From Squalus acanthias (Eukaryota), in assembly GCA_030390025.1 (NCBI GenBank), contig JASTWF010000033.1:186001-248000 (forward strand): a DNA stretch of 62,000 bases. The letters are read 5' to 3'. The position numbers and the translations under genes are program-made. Below the pieces are notes generated by a model. It was not told the origin of the DNA. It ran no database searches and saw nothing but the letters and a program-made list of their open reading frames with translations. Numbering within the stretch: the stretch's first letter is position 1; each line of letters begins with the position of its first letter. Below, in pieces: positions 23,901-36,500 of this stretch.

Positions 23901-26900
23901 ATACTGCACCCACAGTGACATCACACACTGCCCCCTCCCTGGGACAGCTCAGAGTCAGACACTGAACATACTGCACCCACAGTGACATCACACACTGCCC
24001 CCTCCCTGGGACAGCTCAGAGTCAGACACTGAACATACTGCACCCACAGTGACATCACACACTGCCCCCTCCCTGGGACAGCTCAGAGTCAGACACTGAA
24101 CATACTGCACCCACAGTGACATCACACACTGCCCCTCCCTGGGACAGCTCAGAGTCAGACACTGAACATACTGCACCCACAGTGACATCACACACTGCCC
24201 CCTCCCTGGGACAGCTCAGAGTCAGACACTGAACATACTGCACCCACAGTGACATCACACACTGCCCCCTCCCTGGGACAGCTCAGAGTCAGACACTGAA
24301 CACACTGCACCCACAGTGACATCACACACTGCCCCCTCCCTGGGACAGCTCAGAGTCAGACACTGAACATACTGCACCCACAGTGACATCACACACTGCC
24401 CCCTCCCTGGGACAGCTCAGGTCAGACACTGAACATACTGCACCCACAGTGACATCACACACTGCCCCCTCCCTGGGACAGCTCAGAGTCAGACACTGAA
24501 CACACTGCACCCACAGTGACATCACACACTGCCCCCTCCCTGGGACAGCTCAGAGTCAGACACTGAACACACTGCACCCACAGTGACATCACACACTGCC
24601 CCCTCCCTGGGACAGCTCAGAGTCAGACACTGAACATACTGCACCCACAGTGACATCACACACTGCCCCTCCCTGGGACAGCTCAGAGTCAGACACTGAA
24701 CACACTGCACCCACAGTGACATCACACACTGCCCCCTCCCTGGGACAGCTCAGAGTCAGACACTGAACATACTGCACCCACAGTGACATCACACACTGCC
24801 CCCTCCCTGGGACAGCTCAGAGTCAGACACTGAACATACTGCACCCACAGTGACATCACACACTGCCCCCTCCCTGGGACAGCTCAGAGTCAGACACTGA
24901 ACATACTGCACCCACAGTGACATCACACACTGCCCCCTCCCTGGGACAGCTCAGAGTCAGACACTGAACATACTGCACCCACAGTGACATCACACACTGC
25001 CCCCTCCCTGGGACAGCTCAGAGTCAGACACTGAACATACTGCACCCACAGTGACATCACACACTGCCCCCTCCCTGGGACAGCTCAGAGTCAGACACTG
25101 AACACACTGCACCCACAGTGACATCACACACTGCCCCCTCCCTGGGACAGCTCAGAGTCAGACACTGAACACACTGCACCCACAGTGACATCACACACTG
25201 CCCCCTCCCTGGGACAGCTCAGAGTCAGACACTGAACATACTGCACCCACAGTGACATCACACACTGCCCCCTCCCTGGGACAGCTCAGAGTCAGACACT
25301 GAACACACTGCACCCACAGTGACATCACACACTGCCCCCTCCCTGGGACAGCTCAGAGTCAGACACTGAACACACTGCACCCACAGTGACATCACACACT
25401 GCCCCCTCCCTGGGACAGCTCAGAGTCAGACACTGAACACACTGCACCCACAGTGACATCACACACTGCCCCCTCCCTGGGACAGCTCAGAGTCAGACAC
25501 TGAACACACTGCACCCACAGTGACATCACACACTGCCCCCTCCCTGGGACAGCTCAGAGTCAGACACTGAACATACTGCACCCACAGTGACATCACACAC
25601 TGCCCCCTCCCTGGGACAGCTCAGAGTCAGACACCGAACATACTGCACCCACAGTGACATCACACACTGCCCCTCCCTGGGACAGCTCAGAGTCAGACAC
25701 TGAACAAACTGCACCACAGTGACATCACACACTGCCCCCTCCCTGGGACAGCTCAGAGTCAGACACTGAACATACTGCACCCACAGTGACATCACACACT
25801 GCCCCCTCCCTGGGACAGCTCAGAGTCAGACACTGAACATACTGCACCACAGTGACATCACACACTGCCCCTCCCTGGGACAGCTCAGAGTCAGACACTG
25901 AACATACTGCACCACAGTGACATCACACACTGCCCCCTCCCTGGGACAGCTCAGGTCAGACACTGAACATACTGCACCCACAGTGACATCACACACTGCC
26001 CCCTCCCTGGGACAGCTCAGAGTCAGACACTGAACAAACTGCACCCACAGTGACATCACACACTGCCCCCTCCCTGGGACAGCTCAGAGTCAGACACTGA
26101 ACAAACTGCACCCACAGTGACATCACACACTGCCCCCTCCCTGGGACAGCTCAGAGTCAGACACTGAACATACTGCACCCACAGTGACATCACACACTGC
26201 CCCCTCCCTGGGACAGCTCAGAGTCAGACACTGAACATACTGCACCCACAGTGACATCACACACTGCCCCCTCCCTGGGACAGCTCAGAGTCAGACACTG
26301 AACACACTGCACCCACAGTGACATCACACACTGCCCCCTCCCTGGGACAGCTCAGAGTCAGACACTGAACATACTGCACCCACAGTGACATCACACACTG
26401 CCCCCTCCCTGGGACAGCTCAGAGTCAGACACTGAACACACTGCACCCACAGTGACATCACACACTGCCCCCTCCCTGGGACAGCTCAGAGTCAGACACT
26501 GAACATACTGCACCCACAGTGACATCACACACTGCCCCCTCCCTGGGACAGCTCAGAGTCAGACACTGAACATACTGCACCACAGTGACATCACACACTG
26601 CCCCCTCCCTGGGACAGCTCAGAGTCAGACACTGAACATACTGCACCCACAGTGACATCACACACTGCCCCCTCCCTGGGACAGCTCAGAGTCAGACACT
26701 GAACATACTGCACCCACAGTGACATCACACACTGCCCCCTCCCTGGGACAGCTCAGAGTCAGACACTGAACATACTGCACCCACAGTGACATCACACACT
26801 GCCCCCTCCCTGGGACAGCTCAGAGTCAGACACTGAACATACTGCACCCACAGTGACATCACACACTGCCCCTCCCTGGGACAGCTCAGAGTCAGACACT

Positions 26901-27661
26901 GAACATACTGCACCCACAGTGACATCACACACTGCCCCCTCCCTGGGACAGCTCAGAGTCAGACACTGAACAAACTGCACCCACAGTGACATCACACACT
27001 GCCCCCTCCCTGGGACAGCTCAGAGTCAGACACTGAACATACTGCACCCACAGTGACATCACACACTGCCCCCTCCCTGGGACAGCTCAGAGTCAGACAC
27101 TGAACATACTGCACCCACAGTGACATCACACACTGCCCCCTCCCTGGGACAGCTCAGAGTCAGACACTGAACAAACTGCACCCACAGTGACATCACACAC
27201 TGCCCCCTCCCTGGGACAGCTCAGAGTCAGACACTGAACATACTGCACCCACAGTGACATCACACACTGCCCCCTCCCTGGGACAGCTCAGAGTCAGACA
27301 CTGAACATACTGCACCCACAGTGACATCACACACTGCCCCCTCCCTGGGACAGCTCAGAGTCAGACACTGAACATACTGCACCCACAGTGACATCACACA
27401 CTGCCCCCTCCCTGGGACAGCTCAGAGTCAGACACTGAACACACTGCACCCACAGTGACATCACACACTGCCCCCTCCCTGGGACAGCTCAGAGTCAGAC
27501 ACTGAACATACTGCACCCACAGTGACATCACACACTGCCCCCTCCCTGGGGCAACTCAGAGTCAGACGCTGAACAAACTGCACCCACAGTGTCATCATGC
27601 AGTGCCCGCTCCCTGGGGCAGCTCAGAGTCAGACACTGAACTTACTGCACCCACAGTGACA

Positions 27662-30526
27662 AGGTAGATGAATTAGCTGTGGAAATAGAGGTTAATAATT
27701 ATGATCTAATTGGGATTACGGAAACATGGTTGCAGGGTGAGCAGGGCTGGGAGCTTAACATACAGGGGTATTCAGTATTTAGGAAGGATCGACAAAAAAG
27801 AAAGGGACGAGGGGTAGCATTGCTGGTAAAAGAGGGGATAAATGCAATTGAAAGGAAGGATATTAACTCAGTTAATACAGAATCTATATGGGTGGAGCTA
27901 AGAAATAGCGAGGGGCGAAAAACATTAATAGGAGTGGTATATAGGCCTCCAAATAGTAAAATAGAGGTTGGGGAGGGCATCACGAGGGAAATTAGAGAAG
28001 CGTGCAATAAGAGCACAGCTGTCATCATAGGTGACTTTAACTTACATATAGATTGGACTAGCCTAATCAGTAAAAATAATGAGGAGGAGGAATTCCTTGA
28101 GTGTTTAAGGGATGGTTATCTGGATCAATATGTCGAGGAACCAACTCGGGAACAGGCTATATTGGACTGGGTACTGTGCAATGAGAAGGGACTAATTAGT
28201 AATCTTGTTGTACGGGGACCCTTGGGTCAGAGCGATCATAACATGATCGATTTCTCACTCGAAATGGAGAGCGAAGAAATTGACTCAGAGACTCAGGTCC
28301 TGAATTTAAACAAGGGGAATTATGATGCCATTAGACGGGAACTGAGTAGGTCTGATTGGACAACGTTCCTGGGAGGACTGGAGGTAGATAAACAATGGCA
28401 AGCATTTAAAGATAGAATGACAAAATTGCAAAAATTGTTTATACCAATCTGGCATAAAAGGAAATCTAAAAAGGTGACTCAACCGTGGATAACAGGGGAA
28501 ATTAGAGACAGCATAAAATCCAAAGATAGGGCGTATAAAATAGCCGAAAAACGCGCCAGAGCGGAAGATTGGGAACAGTTTAAGATAGAGCAAAGGAGGG
28601 CAAAGGGCTTAATCAAGAAGGGCAAAATAGCTTACGAAAGCAAGCTGGCGGAAAATATAAAAACTAACTCCAAAAGCTTTTATAAGTATATCAAGAGGAA
28701 AAGACTGGTGAAAACCAAAGTTGGTCCATTGCAGTCAGATACGGGGGAATATATAATGGGAAATAAGGAAATGGCAGACCAACTAAATGCATACTTTGGG
28801 TCAGTCTTTACGAAGGAAGACACAAAAAACCTCCCTGGGATATCGGGAAAAATAGGGACATTGGCAAAGGAGGAACTGACGCAAATCAATATCTCTAAGG
28901 ATATGGTGTTAAGGAAGCTAAAGGGATTGAAGGCGGACAAATCCCCAGGGCCTGATAACATGCATCCTAGGGTACTGAAGGAGGTGGCCCTAGAGATAGC
29001 GGATGCACTAAGCATGATTTTTCAGAATTCATTAGACTCGGGAACAGTGCCCATGGATTGGAGGGTAGCTAACGTTACCCCACTATTCAAAAAGGGGGGT
29101 AGGGAAAAAGCAGGTAATTACAGACCTGTAAGCCTTACATCAGTTGTGGGCAAAATGCTGGAGTCCATCATTAAGGATGAAATAGCCGAGCACTTAGCAA
29201 ATGGGGACAGGATAGGACAGAGTCAACATGGATTTACAAAGGGTAAATCGTGCTTGACTAATCTATTGGAATTTTTTGAGGGAGTAACTGGTAAAATAGA
29301 TGGGGGAGAGCCAGTAGATGTGGTGTACCTGGACTTCCAAAAGGCCTTCGATAAGGTCCCACATAAAAGATTAGCATGGAAAATTGAAGCTCATGGGATA
29401 AAGGGGAAAGTATTGACGTGGATAGAGAACTGGCTGTCAGATAGAAAACAGAGAGTTGGAATAAACGGCTCATTTTCTGAATGGCAGGCAGTAACAAGTG
29501 GGGTACCACAGGGATCTGTCCTGGGTCCCCAGCTGTTCACAATTTATATTAATGACCTGGATCAGGGAGTCGAATGCAGCATTTCCAAATTTGCAGACGA
29601 CACTAAACTAGGAGGGGGGGTGGGCTCAGAGGAGGAGACCAGGAAGCTCCAGAGCGATTTGGACAGACTGGGTGATTGGGCGGATAAATGGCAGATGCAC
29701 TATAATGTGGACAAGTGCGAAGTTATCCACCTTGGGTGCAGGAACGGGAGGGCAAATTATTATTTAAATGGCAATAAATTGGGAGAGGGGGAAGTACAGA
29801 GAGACCTGGGTGTTCTTGTACACCAGTCACTGAAGGCGAGCATGCAGGTGCAACAGGCGGTCAAGAAGGCAAACGGTATGCTGGCCTTCATAGCAAAAGG
29901 GTTGGAATACAGGAACAGGGATACCTTGCTGCAGCTGTACAGGGCACTGGTGAGACCACACCTCGAGTACTGTGTACAGTTTTGGTCGCCTCATCTGAGG
30001 AAAGATGTTCTTGCCATGGAGGGGGTGCAGCGGCGATTCACCAGGCTGATACCAGGAATGGCGGGATTGACCTATGAGGAGAGACTATGTAGTTTAGGGA
30101 TGTACACACTGGAGTTTAGAAGATTGAGAGGGGACCTCATAGAAGTGTATAAAATTCTGACAGGTCTAGACAGATTAGATGCAGAAGGAATGTTTCCCTT
30201 GGCGGGTGAGAACAGAACTAGAGGACATAATTTAAGGATAAGGGCTAAACCATTTAGGACAGAAATGAGGGGGAATTTCTTCACTCAGAGAGTGGTGAAC
30301 CTGTGGAACTCATTGCCACAGAGGGCAGTGTACGCCAGCTCATTAAATATATTTAAGAGGGAATTAGATATATTTCTACAGGCAAAAGGGGTTAAGGGTT
30401 ACGGAGAGAAGGCGGGGACGGGATACTGAATTGAAGGATCAGCCATGATCTCATTAAATGGCGGAGCAGGCTCGAAGGGCCGGATGGCCTACTCCTGCTC
30501 CTATCTTCTATGTATCTATGTATCTA
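27662..30526 (+). mobile_element. 5'-truncated young CR1 LINE inserted in the 67-bp satellite
   Basis: Intact APE-RT frame, 3' UTR and (TCTATGTA)n tail. Flanked by TGACA at 27657-27661 and 30527-30531. Confidence 0.97.
27679..30429 (+). CDS. CR1 ORF2 (APE endonuclease plus reverse transcriptase), uninterrupted but N-terminally truncated
   Basis: Motifs ITETW, GVVYRPP, IGDFN, SDHNMI, KSPGPD, NYRPVSL, LDFQKAFD, GVPQGSVLGP, FADDTK. The listed start is a GTG inside the domain, and the LYLNARSIRN strand is missing. Confidence 0.93.
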   Translation: MEIEVNNYDLIGITETWLQGEQGWELNIQGYSVFRKDRQKRKGRGVALLVKEGINAIERKDINSVNTESIWVELRNSEGRKTLIGVVYRPPNSKIEVGEGITREIREACNKSTAVIIGDFNLHIDWTSLISKNNEEEEFLECLRDGYLDQYVEEPTREQAILDWVLCNEKGLISNLVVRGPLGQSDHNMIDFSLEMESEEIDSETQVLNLNKGNYDAIRRELSRSDWTTFLGGLEVDKQWQAFKDRMTKLQKLFIPIWHKRKSKKVTQPWITGEIRDSIKSKDRAYKIAEKRARAEDWEQFKIEQRRAKGLIKKGKIAYESKLAENIKTNSKSFYKYIKRKRLVKTKVGPLQSDTGEYIMGNKEMADQLNAYFGSVFTKEDTKNLPGISGKIGTLAKEELTQINISKDMVLRKLKGLKADKSPGPDNMHPRVLKEVALEIADALSMIFQNSLDSGTVPMDWRVANVTPLFKKGGREKAGNYRPVSLTSVVGKMLESIIKDEIAEHLANGDRIGQSQHGFTKGKSCLTNLLEFFEGVTGKIDGGEPVDVVYLDFQKAFDKVPHKRLAWKIEAHGIKGKVLTWIENWLSDRKQRVGINGSFSEWQAVTSGVPQGSVLGPQLFTIYINDLDQGVECSISKFADDTKLGGGVGSEEETRKLQSDLDRLGDWADKWQMHYNVDKCEVIHLGCRNGRANYYLNGNKLGEGEVQRDLGVLVHQSLKASMQVQQAVKKANGMLAFIAKGLEYRNRDTLLQLYRALVRPHLEYCVQFWSPHLRKDVLAMEGVQRRFTRLIPGMAGLTYEERLCSLGMYTLEFRRLRGDLIEVYKILTGLDRLDAEGMFPLAGENRTRGHNLRIRAKPFRTEMRGNFFTQRVVNLWNSLPQRAVYASSLNIFKRELDIFLQAKGVKGYGEKAGTGY

Positions 30527-33500
30527 TGACATCACACACTGCCCCCTCCCTGGGGCAGCTCAGAGTGAGACACTGAACATATTGCACCCACAGTGACATC
30601 ACACACTGCACCCACCCTGGGGCAGCTCAGAGTCAGACACTGAACATACTGCACCCACAGTGACATCACACACTGCCCCCTCACTGGGGCAGCTCAGAGT
30701 GAGACACTGAACTTACTGCACCCACAGTGACATCAAACACTGCCCCCTTCCTGGGGCAGCTCAGAGTGAGACACTGAACATTCTGCACCCACAGTGACAT
30801 CACACACTGCCCCCTCCCTGGGGAAGCCCAGAGTCAGACACTGAACATACTGCACCCACTGTGACATCACACACTGCCCCCTCCCTGGGGCAGCTCAGGT
30901 TCAGACACTGAACATGCTGCACCAACAGGGACATCACACAGTGCACCCTCCCTGGGGCCGCTCAGAGACAGACGCCGAACATACTGCACCCACAGGGACG
31001 TAACACTCTGTCCCTCCCTGGGGCAGCTCAGAATCAGACATTGAATACACCGCAACCAACAGAGGCATATAACACTGCCACCACCCTGGGGCTGCTCAGG
31101 GTGAGATACTGAACATACTGCATCCCACAGTGACATCGCACACTGCCCCCTCCCTGGGACAGCTCAGAGACAGACACCGAACATACTGAAACCACAGGGA
31201 CTTAAAACTATGCCCTTCCCTGGGGCAGCTCAGAGTCAGACACTGAACATACTGCATCCACAGTGACATCACACACTGCCCCCTCCCTGGGGCAGCTCAG
31301 AATCAGACACTGAACATACTGCACCCACAGTGACATCACACACTGCCCCCTCCCTGGGACAGCTCAGACTCAGACACTGAATATATTGCACATCACAGTG
31401 ACATTAAACACTGTCCCGTCCCTGAACCAGTCAAGGTCAGTCATTGAATATACTGCACCAAACAGGGACATCACACAATGCCACCTCCTTGGGGCAGCTC
31501 AGTTCAGTCATTGAACATACTGCACCCACAGTGATATCACACACTGCCCCCTCGCTGGGACAGTTCAGGGTCAGACACTGAACAAACTGCACGCACAGTG
31601 ACATCACTCACTGACCCCTCCCTGGGACAGTTCAGGGTCAGACACTGAACAAACTGCACCCACAGTGACATCACACACTGCCCCCTCCCTGGGGCAGCTC
31701 AGGTCAGACATTGAACATACTGCACCCACAGTGACATCACACGCTGCGCCCTTCCTGGGGCAGCTCAGGTCAGACATTGAACATACTGCACCCACAGTGA
31801 CATCACACGCTGCGCCCTCCCTGCGGCAGCTCAGGTCAGCCATTGAAAATACTGCACCCACAGTGACATCACAAACTTCCCCACCCTGGGGCAGCTCAGG
31901 TTAGACACTGAACATACTGCACCCACAGGGACATCACACACTGCCCCAACCCTGGGACAGCTCAGGTCAGACACCGAACATACTGCACCCACAGAGACAT
32001 TAAACACTGCCCCCTCCCTGGGGCAGCTCAGAGTCAGACACTGAACATACTGCACCACAGTGACATCACACACTGCCCCCTCGCTGGGACAGCTCAGAGT
32101 CAGACACTGAACATACTGCACCCACAGTGACATCACACACTGTCCCCTCCCTGGGACAGCTCAGAGTCAGACACTGAACACACTGCACCCACAGTGACAT
32201 CACACACTGCCCCCTCCCTGGGACAGCTCAGAGTCAGACACTGAACATACTGCACCACAGTGACATCACACACTGCCCCCTCCCTGGGACAGCTCAGAGT
32301 CAGACACTGAACATACTGCACCCACAGTGACATCACACACTGCCCCCTCCCTGGGACAGCTCAGAGTCAGACACTGAACATACTGCACCCACAGTGACAT
32401 CACACACTGCCCCCTCCCTGGGACAGCTCAGAGTCAGACACTGAACATACTGCACCCACAGTGACATCACACACTGCCCCCTCCCTGGACAGCTCAGAGT
32501 CAGACACTGAACATGCTGCACCCACAGTGACATCACACACTGCCCCCTCCCTGGGACAGCTCAGAGTCAGACACTGAACATACTGCACCCACAGTGACAT
32601 CACACACTGCTCCCTCCCTGGGACAGCTCAGGGTCAGACACTGAACATACTGCACCCACAGTGACATCACACACTGCCCCCTCCCTGGGACAGCTCAGAG
32701 TCAGACACTGAACATACTGCACCCACAGTGACATCACACACTGCCCCCTCCCTGGGACAGCTCAGAGTCAGACACTGAACACACTGCACCCACAGTGACA
32801 TCACACACTGCCCCCTCCCTGGGACAGCTCAGAGTCAGACACTGAACACACTGCACCCACAGTGACATCACACACTGCCCCCTCCCTGGGACAGCTCAGA
32901 GTCAGACACTGAACATACTGCACCCACAGTGACATCACACACTGCCCCCTCCCTGGGGCAGCTCAGTCAGACACTGAACATACTGCACCTACAGTGACAT
33001 CACACACTGCCCCCTCCCTGGGACAGCTCAGAGTCAGACACTGAACATACTGCACCCAGAGTGACATCACACACTGCCACCTCCCTGGGACAGCTCAGAG
33101 CCAGACATTGAACATACTGCACCCACAGTGACATGACACACTGCCCCCTCCCTGGGGCAGCTCAGGCCAGACACTGAACATACTGAACCTAGAGAGACAT
33201 CACACACTGCCCCCTCCCTTGATCAGCTCAGAGTCAGACACTGAACATGCTGCACCCCACTGTGACATCACACACTGCACCCTCCCTGGGACAGCTCAGA
33301 GTCAGACACTGAACATACTGCACCCACAGTGACATCAAAGACTGCTCCCTCCCTGGGGCAACTCAGGGTCAGAAACTGAACATACTGCAACCCACAGGAA
33401 TATCACGCACTGCCCCCTCCTTGGGGCAGCTCAGGGTCAGACACTGAACATACTGCACCCACAGTGACATCACACACTGCCCCCTCCCTGGTGAAGCACA

Positions 33501-36500
33501 GCGTCAGACATTGAACATACTGCACCCCACAGTGACTTCACACACTGCCCCTCCCTGGGACAGCTCAGAGTCAGACACTGAACACACTGCACCCACAGTG
33601 ACATCACACACTGCCCCCTCCCTGGGACAGCTCAGAGTCAGACACTGAACATACTGCACCAACAGTGACATCACACACTGCCCCCTCCCTGGGACAGCTC
33701 AGAGTCAGACACTGAACACACTGCACCCACAGTGACATCACACACTGCCCCCTCCCTGGGACAGCTCAGGTCAGACACTGAACATACTGCACCCACAGTG
33801 ACATCACACACTGCCCCCTCCCTGGGACAGCTCAGAGTCAGACACTGAACATACTGCAGCCACAGTGACATCACACACTGCCCCCTCCCTGGGACAGCTC
33901 AGAGTCAGACACTGAACATACTGCACCCACAGTGACATCACACACTGCCCCTCCCTGGGACAGCTCAGAGTCAGACACTGAACACACTGCACCCACAGTG
34001 ACATCACACACTGCCCCCTCCCTGGGACAGCTCAGAGTCAGACACTGAACATACTGAACCTAGAGTGACATCACACACTGCCCCCTCCCTGGGACAGCTC
34101 AGAGTCAGACACTGAACATAGTGCACCCACAGTGACATCACACACTGCCACCTCCCTGGGACAGCTCAGAGCCAGACATTGAACATACTGCACCCACAGT
34201 GACATGACACACTGCCCCCTCCCTGGGGCAGCTCAGGCCAGACACTGAACATACTGAACCTAGAGAGACATCACACACTGTCCCCTCCCTTGATCAGCTC
34301 AGAGTCAGACACTGAACATGCTGCACCCCACTGTGACATCACACACTGCACCCTCCCTGGGACAGCTCAGAGACAGACACTGAACATACTGCACCCACAG
34401 TGACATCAAAGACTGCTCCCTCCCTGGGGCAACTCAGGGTCAGAAACTGAACATACTGCAACCCACAGGAATATCACGCACTGCCCCCTCCTTGGGGCAG
34501 CTCAGAGTCAGACACTGAACATACTGCACCCACAGATACATCACACACTGCCCCCTCCCTGGGACAGCTCAGAGTCAGACACTGAACACACTGCACCCAC
34601 AGTGACATCACACACTGCCCCCTCCCTGGGACAGATCCGAGTCAGACACTGAACACACTGCACCCACAGTGACATCACACACTGCCACCTCCCTGGGACA
34701 GCTCAGAGTCAGACACTGAACATACTGCACCCACAGTGACATCACATACTGCCCTCTCCCTGGGGCAAGCTCAGCCCAGACACTGAACATACTGCACCCA
34801 CAGTGACATCACACACTGCCCCCTCCCTGGGACAGCTCAGAGTCAGACACTGAACATACTGCACCCAGAGTGACATCACACACTGCCACCTCCCTGGGAC
34901 AGCTCAGAGCCAGACACTGAACATACTGCACCCACAGTGACATGACACACTGCCCCCTCCCTGGGGCAGCTCAGGTCAGACACTGAACATACTGAACCTA
35001 GAGAGACATCACACACTGCCCCCTCCCTTGATCAGCTCAGAGTCAGACACTGAACATGCTGCACCCCACTGTGACATCACACACTGCACCCTCCCTGGGA
35101 CAGCTCAGAGTCAGACACTGAACATACTGCACCCACAGTGACATCAAAGACTGCTCCCTCCCTGGGGCAACTCAGGGTCAGAAACTGAACATACTGCAAC
35201 CCACAGGAATATCACGCACTGCCCCCTCCTTGGGGCAGCTCAGGGTCAGACACTGAACATACTGCACCCACAGTGACATCACACACTGCCCCCTCCCTGG
35301 TGAAGCACAGCGTCAGACATTGAACATACTGCACCCCACAGTGACTTCACACACTGCCCCTCCCTGGGGCAGCTCAGAGTCAGACACTGAACACACTGCA
35401 CCCACAGTGACATCACACACTGCCCCCTCCCTGGGCCAGCTCAGAATCAGACACTGAACATACTGCACCAACAGTGACATCACACGCTGCCCCCTCCCTG
35501 GGACAGCTCACAGTCAGACACTGAACACACTGCACCCACAGTGACATCACACACTGCCCCCTCCCTGGGACAGCTCAGAGTCAGACACTGAACACACTGC
35601 ACCAAAAGTGACATCACACACTGCCCCCTCCCTGGGACAGCTCAGAGTCAGACACTGAACATACTGCACCCCACTGTGACATCACACACTGCACCCTCCC
35701 TCGGGCAGCTCAGAGTCAGACACTGAACATACTGCACCCACAGTGACATCAAAGACTGCTCCCTCCCTGGGGCAACTCAGGGTCAGACACTGAACATACT
35801 GCAACCAACAGGAATATCACGCACTGCCCCCTCCTTGGGGCAGCTCAGAGTCAGACACTGAACACACTGCACCCACAGATACATCACACACTGCTCCCTC
35901 CCTGGGGCAGCTCAGAGTCAGACACTGAACATACTGCACCCACATTAACATCACACACTGCCCCCTCCCTGGGACAGCTCAGAGTCAGACACTGAACACA
36001 CTCCACGAACAGTGACATCACACACTGCCCCCTCCCTCGGGCAGCTCAGAGTCAGACACTGAACATACTGCACCCACAGTATCATCATGCACTGCCCGCT
36101 CCCTGGGGCAGCTCAGAGTCAGACACTGAACTTACTGCAACCACAGTGACATCACACACTGCCCCCTCCCTGGGCCAGCTCAGAGTGAGACACTGAACAT
36201 ACTGCACCCACAGTGACATCACTCACTGCCCCCTCCCTGGGACAGCTCAGATTCAGACATTGAACATACTGCACCCACAGTGACATCACACTCAGCCCCC
36301 TCCCTGGGACAGCTCACAGTCAGACACTGAACATACTGCACCCACAGTGACATCACACCCTGCCCCTCCATGGGGCAGCTCAGAGTCAGACACTGAACAC
36401 ACTGCACCCACAGTGACATCACACACTGCTCCCTCGCTGGGGCACCTCAGGTTCAGACACTGAATATACTGCAGCCACAGAGAAATCACACACTGCCCCC

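Noticed and set aside
27679..30429. Domesticated or autonomous 916-aa RT gene
   Set aside because: The start is an internal GTG, the first APE strand and the promoter are missing, and it has a tail and TSD. It is a young truncated insertion.
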